DNA of 32,000 bases, from positions 2,190,001 to 2,222,000 of the forward strand of contig NC_010546.1 in assembly GCF_000017845.1 (NCBI RefSeq), read 5' to 3'. The position numbers were made by a program, and so were the translations under genes. This DNA is from Crocosphaera subtropica ATCC 51142. Lineage in GTDB: Bacteria; Cyanobacteriota; Cyanobacteriia; Cyanobacteriales; Microcystaceae. Positions 25,983 to 32,000 of the stretch are shown here, piece after piece. A model generated the notes under the pieces. The model had not been told where the DNA came from, ran no database searches, and saw only the letters and a program-made list of their open reading frames with translations. How positions within the stretch are numbered: the stretch's first letter is position 1; each line of letters starts with the position of its first letter.

Positions 25983-26654
25983 ATGAATAAATATTGTTTA
26001 TTGGGGATTTTTGGCTTTTTATCTAACTTATTGGTAATTTCTTCTGCTCAAGGTGCAATAGTTAGTTACACAAGTCAAAGTGATTTTTTAACCGATACAA
26101 ATGCAAATCCTACATTGCCTTTACCAGATACAGGAGGAGTAGTAAATTCTTTGATTGTTAATGGATTAGAATTTACCACTCCAAGTCCAAGTTTTGCTTC
26201 TGGAGATTTTTCAAATCGTCTTTCTGGAAATGTAATTTCAGTAAGTGGTTTGGAAGATTTGAATATAGCTTTAACATCTTCATCTCCTATTTATTCATTT
26301 GGTTTTGATTTTCATGAACCTGAATTTGATCCAAATCGTTTTGGTACTTTTGTTGATTCAGTATTCACGGTAGAACTTTTATTAAATACAACTTTAGTTG
26401 GGTCTTTTTCCTTTAATTCTCCTAATGATACCGCAGCATTTAATGGTGTTTGGTCAGATTCAGCTTTTAATAAAGTGGAAATTCAGGAAACTACTGGCGG
26501 TATTGAAAACGAATTTTTTGGACAATTTTATATAGGAACTGATCAAATGACAATACAAACAGTTCTTGAACCATTAACTATCCTTGGAGCAGGAACAGCG
26601 ATCGCTTTTGGAACAGGTTTCAAACGTAAATTAGCTAAAGCCAAGAAGAAATAG
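25983..26654 (+). CDS. PEP-CTERM-type sorting-signal protein (putative exosortase substrate)
   Basis: 223-aa ORF with a signal peptide (LLGIFGFLSNLLVISSAQG|A). The C-terminus has the tripartite sorting signal: LEPLT motif, hydrophobic ILGAGTAIAFGTGF, and basic KRKLAKAKKK. Confidence 0.78.
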   Translation: MNKYCLLGIFGFLSNLLVISSAQGAIVSYTSQSDFLTDTNANPTLPLPDTGGVVNSLIVNGLEFTTPSPSFASGDFSNRLSGNVISVSGLEDLNIALTSSSPIYSFGFDFHEPEFDPNRFGTFVDSVFTVELLLNTTLVGSFSFNSPNDTAAFNGVWSDSAFNKVEIQETTGGIENEFFGQFYIGTDQMTIQTVLEPLTILGAGTAIAFGTGFKRKLAKAKKK

Positions 26655-26681
26655 AATTTAATACCAAAGCTGTTTTTAATT

Positions 26682-26707
26682 CCTCTGCTAGATGTAGGGG
26701 ATTTTTT
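26682..26707 (+). terminator. weak terminator candidate after the PEP-CTERM gene
   Basis: CCTCT (26682-26686) pairs with AGGGG (26696-26700), including one G-U pair, then A plus T6 (26702-26707). Confidence 0.3.
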
Positions 26708-26867
26708 ATATTTTCTAGGATCGCATAACTCAAATTATCCGACTCCTCTATCAACTATGCGATCGCTCTATCTTCAGAACTCTTACTGTAGCGCAATAGT
26801 AAAAAAGGCGATGGTTCAGGAGTGATCCTCTTTTCAATAACAATGATCGCATTTATAGAATTATCAG

Positions 26868-27080
26868 TTACCGAAGTTGATTAAATTCTTCTTCTGTAAT
26901 TCCCATTTGCTTGAGTATTTCCTGAAATAACCAGCTACCAATTTCTGCTTGACCATGAATGGGAATAGTAGTCGCTCTCCCGTCAGGATGCTTCCAGCGT
27001 GCATGAGAGCCTTTTTGTCTAGCTTTTTTAAATCCAAGTTTTTTTGCTACTTTTTCTAGTTCCTTTGCTTTAGCTGGCAT
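26868..27080 (-). CDS. hicA: type II toxin HicA
   Basis: ELEKVAKKLGFKKARQKGSHARWKHPDGRATTIPIHG is the HicA dsRBD-like signature. I prefer the ATG at 27080 over the TTG at 27089. It overlaps the hicB stop (27070-27072). Confidence 0.9.
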   Translation of the reverse strand: MPAKAKELEKVAKKLGFKKARQKGSHARWKHPDGRATTIPIHGQAEIGSWLFQEILKQMGITEEEFNQLR

Positions 27081-27291
27081 TGGCAACAAGTAATTCTACA
27101 TCTTGAGGAAAAGAACGGTTCATTTCTTGATATTCTTCTAATATCATGGCAAAAACATTATCTAATTCTGCTCTTGCTGCTTCTGAAGTTTCACCCCAAG
27201 CATGACAGCCTTCAATAGCAGGAACATAAGCAACATAAGTATTATTGTCATCGGGACGAATAACAATTGTGTAATCTTTCAGGGACTTCAT
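27070..27291 (-). CDS. hicB: type II antitoxin HicB (short, no DNA-binding extension)
   Basis: YTIVIRPDDNNTYVAYVPAIEGCHAWGETSEAARAELDNVFAMILEEY is the HicB N-terminal RNase-H-like fold signature. It overlaps hicA. Confidence 0.88.
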   Translation of the reverse strand: MKSLKDYTIVIRPDDNNTYVAYVPAIEGCHAWGETSEAARAELDNVFAMILEEYQEMNRSFPQDVELLVANAS

Positions 27292-27410
27292 TGGTTAGTT
27301 AATTTGTTCAAATATATTTTTTATTATAGACAATAAATTGGCGATCGCTCTATCTAGGTTAAAATATGCTAGTGTAAAACAAAGTAAATTATAATTTTTA
27401 TTCAATTAAA

Positions 27411-27710
27411 ATGGTTGACAAAATAAATATTGTGATTGCTAAAAACTCAGATGGATATTCAGTTAATTTTCCTGAGTTAGATTACATTGATTACCAAAAT
27501 AGTTCTTTAGATGAGGTTTTGAATAAACTTAAGGAGACTTTAGCAACTCATCTGAGTCAAGATGACCTTGGGAAAGAAACAACAGGAGAATCAATTTTAA
27601 ACATAGTTAATAAGTATGATTTGACAGAAGAAGAACTTAATAGTCTTCCTATTGATGGGGCAGAAGAACATGATCATTATCTTTATGGAACTCCCAAGAA
27701 AAGTCAATGA
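27411..27710 (+). CDS. antitoxin-like protein (HicB-like N-terminus, VapB-type C-terminal tail)
   Basis: The 99-aa ORF starts INIVIAKNSDGYSVNFPELD, which is HicB-like. The tail EEHDHYLYGTPKK is a motif I recall from cyanobacterial partners of PIN toxins. An ATGA start/stop overlap links it to the downstream PIN remnant. Confidence 0.65.
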   Translation: MVDKINIVIAKNSDGYSVNFPELDYIDYQNSSLDEVLNKLKETLATHLSQDDLGKETTGESILNIVNKYDLTEEELNSLPIDGAEEHDHYLYGTPKKSQ

Positions 27711-27892
27711 AACAAATTTTTGCAGATACGTTTTATTGGGTAGCTTTAATTAATAAAAAAGATAATTGGCATCAACGAGTCATAGAAATTACATCTACTT
27801 TGAACAAGAAGGTTTTATTATTTTATTTTGATAAAGTAGCGCAACAGTTAAAATATTGTAGGGGTGAACAAGTCGTCACTGGTGTCAACTGA
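27707..27892 (+). pseudogene. truncated PIN-domain (VapC-like) toxin remnant
   Basis: MKQIFADTFYWVALINKKDNWHQRV matches the N-terminus of cyanobacterial PIN toxins, with the first acidic residue in FADT. Similarity is lost after about 40 aa and the ORF ends at 61 aa, versus about 130 expected. A MITE-like element starts 14 nt downstream. Confidence 0.55.
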
Positions 27893-27905
27893 ACAGTGAA
27901 TCGTT

Positions 27906-28067
27906 TGTCATTGCGAGGGGATGAACCACTATTATAGCTTGATTTATTGTCATTATCCCCCCGAAGCAATCTATCAAACACCGAACCAAAAAATAGAGAT
28001 TGCTTCGGAAGCACAATAAAGTCTCACAGCTTTCCTTCAGTAAAGGTTTTGCTTCCTCGCAATGACA
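27906..28067. mobile_element. MITE-like element (162 bp) with 13-bp terminal inverted repeats and an internal hairpin
   Basis: TGTCATTGCGAGG (27906-27918) is the exact reverse complement of CCTCGCAATGACA (28055-28067). Internally, CCGAAGCAATCT (27961-27972) pairs with AGATTGCTTCGG (27997-28008). There is no credible ORF inside. It lies between the decayed vapC and the stop of the 28080 gene. Confidence 0.55.
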
Positions 28068-28079
28068 GTTTCTTTACCC

Positions 28080-29846
28080 TTATTGTTTCTTTGAAAACGG
28101 CCTTTGAATCGTTTTTGCTTCATCTCTTGAACCTTTGGGCAACTGTTTTCTATTCCCTTTGCCTAAAAGAGATAAACTTTGACTATTTTTAGCATCTAAA
28201 GGCCGTTGCATGGTTAACTCAGGATTAGAAAACGTCTCTTTAATAGGACGACGAATGGTTAATTCAGCATCAGAAATTTGACCTAAATGGGGAACAAATA
28301 ATTCAGGATAATCTTGACACAGTTGGTCTAAACTTTTCCAATGTTCGTCTTCATTAATTCCTAATTCTTGGCGTAAAGTTTGGAATACTTTGAGGCTACC
28401 GTTAGGACTAATACGACGTTGGGCGATCGCTTCTTTGAGGGTTCCTGTATACACTTGTAAACGAGATTGATGGGTGAAACCAGGCAACACTTTAGCTAAA
28501 GCATACAATTCATCGGCGTTTAAATCATCTAAACTTCGACCTTCAAGAAACGCTGAACAATCTATAGACATTTTCGCCAGTTGACGACGCAATAAATGAC
28601 TATCCCGTTCTTTTATATATTGTTCATAGCGACGTTGCCACGCTTTAACTAACCATAACCCACTCATTAAAATAGCAGCCCAAGTGATTACATTCTGTCC
28701 ATTGAACGGTATCCATCCTAACGTGGGACGTACCCCTAAGAAGAATAAACAATTAAAGGAAACAAAGGTAAACAGGGTAAATAAACGATGATGAACTTGT
28801 TCTAAAGATAACGGTCTTTTAAAACGCTTATTGTAACGTTTATAAGCTTTTTCTAACCGCATTCCTATAACATAAGTTGCTCCTGAAAAGAACAGTAACG
28901 TTAAAGGAACTGCTACAATTTTAGGAATAGGAATAGCATAACCTGAAATATAAAAACCTGGAGAAAATAGAGTGGCTAATTGATTCGTTTCGTTCCAAAC
29001 CCCTCCAGACAGAAACTGCCAGTTACCCGAATATAGACCAAAATAAACATAAAACCCAACAGCTAAACCCAGATAACCGTAATAGAGTAATTTGCGATCG
29101 CTTTGATTAATTTTACTCCAATAGGCATTTTCGGCATCAATATCCATACAAGGAGACTGACAAGCGACACAAGCACTTTTTTCTTGTCCCTGACTATCCA
29201 CTTTACGACACATGGACTGGGTAATGGACATGGGGGGTGCGGTATGCGCTTCGGAGGTTAGAAGTCCACTGGGTTCACTATAAATCATTTGGACTGGGGC
29301 CATGGGACAAAAATAATGACACCAACTTTTTCCCCCGTACAAAAAGCCAACGGTGACGGCGGATAAGATGGTAACTGTAAGGAAAATTCCCAATAATAGG
29401 CGATCGGAATTCACCAACAGTAAACGCAGATTTAACCCTACAAATAACAAACCCCATTGCAAGTATAGATGATTGCGAGATAACCAAGAATTCTCCTTGA
29501 CCAACTTTTTACGCTGCCATCCCAAGGCACGGGGAATTTGAGAAAAGAACGATAAAGGGCAGATACGTCGCCATGCTTCATGTCCGAACAAAACTAAAAT
29601 AATAATGGCCGCAGGAACCACCATCCCCCAAAATATTCTAGGCCCCAAGGGATAGGGAGTTAAAGGCAGACATTGCCCTTGAAACTTATAACAACTATTT
29701 GCAGTTTTCGGTCCCAAAAATTGATAGGGTTCGGTTAAAAAGGCGGAAACGGGGTCATAAAACAGAGACAAAATGAGCATTAACCAACCAATGGCTAACC
29801 CCCAACGTATCCAGTGCATTTTTGTTTCAGGAATTTTGGCAAACAT
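28080..29846 (-). CDS. polytopic membrane 4Fe-4S-binding protein (NapH/MauN-like) with a soluble C-terminal extension
   Basis: 588-aa ORF with multiple TM helices and Cys motifs: RRICPLSFF, SWCHYFCPMAP, ACVACQSPCMDID. The last ~190 aa are hydrophilic and helical (LDDLNADELYALAKVL...). Confidence 0.8.
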   Translation of the reverse strand: MFAKIPETKMHWIRWGLAIGWLMLILSLFYDPVSAFLTEPYQFLGPKTANSCYKFQGQCLPLTPYPLGPRIFWGMVVPAAIIILVLFGHEAWRRICPLSFFSQIPRALGWQRKKLVKENSWLSRNHLYLQWGLLFVGLNLRLLLVNSDRLLLGIFLTVTILSAVTVGFLYGGKSWCHYFCPMAPVQMIYSEPSGLLTSEAHTAPPMSITQSMCRKVDSQGQEKSACVACQSPCMDIDAENAYWSKINQSDRKLLYYGYLGLAVGFYVYFGLYSGNWQFLSGGVWNETNQLATLFSPGFYISGYAIPIPKIVAVPLTLLFFSGATYVIGMRLEKAYKRYNKRFKRPLSLEQVHHRLFTLFTFVSFNCLFFLGVRPTLGWIPFNGQNVITWAAILMSGLWLVKAWQRRYEQYIKERDSHLLRRQLAKMSIDCSAFLEGRSLDDLNADELYALAKVLPGFTHQSRLQVYTGTLKEAIAQRRISPNGSLKVFQTLRQELGINEDEHWKSLDQLCQDYPELFVPHLGQISDAELTIRRPIKETFSNPELTMQRPLDAKNSQSLSLLGKGNRKQLPKGSRDEAKTIQRPFSKKQ

Positions 29847-30057
29847 GAATAATCGTCTCCTTAATCACTTCTTTTATTGCGTAGGATGAAAGAGACAATT
29901 TTATGCACTGATAAGATGAAACCTATTTCAAGGATTAGATGTTATGGTTCAGACAAATTAACGTCATCTCCTCAACGGTATCAATTAATCAGTTTTCCGT
30001 AGTTACGTCATATTTGACTATATTTCTATTAACGATTAGGCTGATTCTAATGGCATT

Positions 30058-30975
30058 TTAAGCAACGATTTCAAACTGACCATAGAAGATATGCCAGTTA
30101 TTTTTACCGTTTAACTGTTTCCATATTTCTTCTAAATGCTTTGCTTTCCATTGTAGAGCTAGTTCATCTGGTTTAGCATTCAGTCGGGACAACTCTAAGG
30201 GACTATCGGTAACAATTCCGATATATTCTTCTTTCCCTTCTGCATCAAATTGAATATCCCCACAAACAGCATTTGGCTGAGGGATTAAGACACTTTTTTC
30301 AATTAGTTGATAATTGGGAGCAAAAGCTTGAGACGGCGTAATTAAATTTTGGGTAATATTTCCTTGTTTATCTTTCCCACGATTGAATAATATTAGATAA
30401 TTTCCTGAACAATTTAACTCAATCTTTAAACATAAAGGAGTCAAAATAGAAAGTTTTTTGGTAGGTTCACCCTTTGGAATTTTCATTCCTTTTGCTCCGA
30501 TTTCTTGAAATTGCATCCAATTTGTGTTGGATTGTGCTTCTTGTTTCCAAGTTTCCCAAATATAATCTTGTACCCAGTCAAAGTAGGGTCCATTCCATAA
30601 CCAGTCATAAATAATTTGCCAAGGACTAGATTCAGATGCTTTTTTTCGTCCTGGTTTTCCTTTTTTATCTCCTAAACCAAGCTGAGTTTCAGTAATACCA
30701 TCAGCCATTAGTTGTTCTCGAAAAACACTATTTATTTTTTTGATAATTTCTTTAATATTTTGTTGTAATCCATTTTCATATTTGCCAGGTTCATTTTCCC
30801 TTTGAGACAATATCCTAGCAATTTCCGTATGACTCAGTGGATAATTATTAGGAGTGAAGCAATTATTAGGAGTGAAGCGTTCTATAAATAGGTGATACTG
30901 AATTTCAGAACGAGTGTTGCCAGGAAAAATTTTTTTAGCAACGTATTCTAAGAATTGTTTGTCTAGATAAACCAT
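30058..30975 (-). CDS. HTH (LuxR/sigma-region-4-like) protein with C-terminal DUF4384-like beta domain
   Basis: 305-aa ORF. N-terminal PLSHTEIARILSQ...GLQQNIKEIIKKI resembles a region-4/LuxR HTH. C-terminal CSGNYLILFNRGKDKQGNITQNLITPSQAFAP matches my recollection of DUF4384, a caspase-associated domain. Assignments are from memory. Confidence 0.65.
   Translation of the reverse strand: MVYLDKQFLEYVAKKIFPGNTRSEIQYHLFIERFTPNNCFTPNNYPLSHTEIARILSQRENEPGKYENGLQQNIKEIIKKINSVFREQLMADGITETQLGLGDKKGKPGRKKASESSPWQIIYDWLWNGPYFDWVQDYIWETWKQEAQSNTNWMQFQEIGAKGMKIPKGEPTKKLSILTPLCLKIELNCSGNYLILFNRGKDKQGNITQNLITPSQAFAPNYQLIEKSVLIPQPNAVCGDIQFDAEGKEEYIGIVTDSPLELSRLNAKPDELALQWKAKHLEEIWKQLNGKNNWHIFYGQFEIVA
30843..30878 (-). 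repeat. perfect 18-nt tandem duplication inside the CDS
   Basis: AATTATTAGGAGTGAAGC occurs at 30843-30860 and again at 30861-30878. It is in frame and encodes FTPNNCFTPNNY on the minus strand. Confidence 0.95.
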
Positions 30976-31212
30976 CTTGAGTTATTTTGAAGTAGTTTGA
31001 TCATTTTCAACCATAGCAAAAGTTTACTTAAAAAGAAAGAGCTTTTTATTTTAATTGATCTTTCTTTATTTTATTTAAAAATTTCTTCTGGACATTGATT
31101 ATCGTTGATTTCAATTTATTTTTGAATTAGGTATCGTAAACAAAGAAGCTTTTATGGCATTGACTTAAACAAGCAGTCTACTCACTTAATTTATAATTCA
31201 GGCAACGTTATC

Positions 31213-31530
31213 ATGTTATCAGTTTTACCATTGCGTCAGTTAGAAATTGTTGGACAAGAATATCTACTAAGTATTATTCCTCAAGCAAATATTGCACCCA
31301 ATACTTGGCAGTTTGAATTACGCAATAAGAGAAAATCAGGATTGATTCCTGGTGGATTTAAGTTAAGGTTACTCACAGAAGCAGGGGAGTCGTTTCCTAA
31401 TAATGAAGCTATCGCTACTGAAGCAGTGGAGAGTCTTTATCTAACTTTGAGCATCAAACCTAAAACCATTTTAATGTTAGAAATAGAACCAATCCCTGAA
31501 AATTATCATCGAGAAATATTAATTTTTTAG
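31213..31530 (+). CDS. small protein resembling the C-terminal module of DUF1822
   Basis: The 105-aa ORF aligns by eye, block for block, with the last ~100 aa of the DUF1822 protein at 6708..7733. YLLSIIPQ matches VLLLTISP, and FKLRLLTEAGESF matches IKLRMYSKSGKLV. LYLTLSIKPKTILMLEIEP matches YIQLPPFSASKDRQFKIEVNL, and the C-terminal REILIF matches TETFRV. Confidence 0.55.
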   Translation: MLSVLPLRQLEIVGQEYLLSIIPQANIAPNTWQFELRNKRKSGLIPGGFKLRLLTEAGESFPNNEAIATEAVESLYLTLSIKPKTILMLEIEPIPENYHREILIF

Positions 31531-31594
31531 ACATTAATTTGCTTCTTAGTTTCTTTTCTGGTAAATAGTTTATTTAAGGATTAGAGAATTGAAA

Positions 31595-32000
31595 ATGTCA
31601 GCGATCGCAACAACAGCACAAAGATTAGAAATCGGTACAGCTAAACTCTGGATAGTTTTAGTGGGAGTGAATCAGTATGAGGATCGAAATCTTCGTAATC
31701 TGAAATATTGTGCTAATGACTGTCAAGAGTTAGCTGAAGTATTAGAGATCGCTACTCGACAATTTCAAGAGACAGAAATAATTGCCCTTTATGATGGAGG
31801 AGAGAAAATCCCTAATTTATCAGAAATTCATACCAGTATTGAGGCGTTTCAGTCAGCAAAACCAGAAGATACAGTATTATTTTATTTTTCAGGACATGGT
31901 TATTTAGATACGAATAATCAACCTATTTTATGTGTAGCAGATACCCAATTAGAAGATTTAGCAGGGACAGGATTAAAGTTAGATAGGTTGTTAAATCTAT
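31595..32000 (+). CDS. caspase-family (peptidase C14, orthocaspase-like) protein, 3'-truncated by window edge
   Basis: Not in the ORF track because it has no stop. From the ATG at 31595 it encodes MSAIATTAQRLEIGTAKLWIVLVGVNQYEDRNLRNLKYCANDCQELAEVL ... PEDTVLFYFSGHGY, the p20 region with the catalytic His in SGHG. It is open to nt 32000 and lies 64 nt downstream of the 105-aa gene. Confidence 0.85.
   Translation, partial: MSAIATTAQRLEIGTAKLWIVLVGVNQYEDRNLRNLKYCANDCQELAEVLEIATRQFQETEIIALYDGGEKIPNLSEIHTSIEAFQSAKPEDTVLFYFSGHGYLDTNNQPILCVADTQLEDLAGTGLKLDRLLNL

Noticed and set aside
26759-27355. 15-nt direct repeat GCGATCGCTCTATCT flanking the hicBA cassette (26759-26773 and 27341-27355), considered as a target-site or att duplication
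   Set aside because: Eight of the 15 nt are the hyper-abundant HIP1 octamer, so only 7 extra nt match. That is within chance expectation for a window with 15 HIP1 sites. It is worth a glance in strain comparisons only.
27823-28192. ORFs 27823..28014 (-) and 27947..28192 (+)
   Set aside because: They read through the MITE-like inverted-repeat element and into the 3' end of the 28080..29846 gene. They are better explained as non-coding element sequence.
4428-29487. Other listed antisense ORFs: 4428..4628, 7271..7495, 12500..12688, 15700..15894, 21432..21632, 22734..23069, 23137..23328, 29278..29487
   Set aside because: Each lies wholly inside, and antisense to, a longer ORF that has clear family motifs or a signal peptide. 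None shows a recognisable motif.

Overview
AT-rich cyanobacterial chromosome segment. I counted 15 copies of the HIP1 octamer GCGATCGC by eye, and ycf4, eno, ppk, a cyclophilin and a TerC-family gene are present. I saw no rRNA, tRNA, CRISPR array, transposase or integrase. Housekeeping genes are interleaved with several accessory blocks. (a) 1-1234: a translationally coupled pair ending in a HEPN (R-N-x3-H) protein. (b) About 3.4-13.1 kb: a HIP1-poor block whose 5.3-11.0 kb core is very AT-rich. It holds three small secreted Q/N/G-rich proteins, one with curlin-like 42-aa repeats. It also holds a tightly packed three-gene cassette: sigma-70-like protein, DUF1822 protein, and a 1098-aa CHAT (caspase-fold) protease fused to a STAND-type P-loop NTPase, a TM helix and a Cys-containing C-terminal domain. 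(c) 20.5-25.8 kb: an FHA-ferredoxin-reductase fusion, a Ser/Thr kinase with a TM helix and 7 WD40 blades, and an exported CHAT protease. (d) 26.9-28.1 kb: hicBA plus a decayed vapBC pair abutting a MITE-like element. (e) 30.0-32.0 kb: an HTH/DUF4384-like gene divergent from a 105-aa stand-alone DUF1822-C-terminal-like protein and a caspase (peptidase C14) gene cut by the window edge. The best candidate for an undescribed system is the sigma-like/DUF1822/CHAT-STAND cassette. Its theme, a DUF1822-type module directly upstream of a caspase-fold protease, recurs at the right edge. All family names come from motif recognition and memory; no searches were run.
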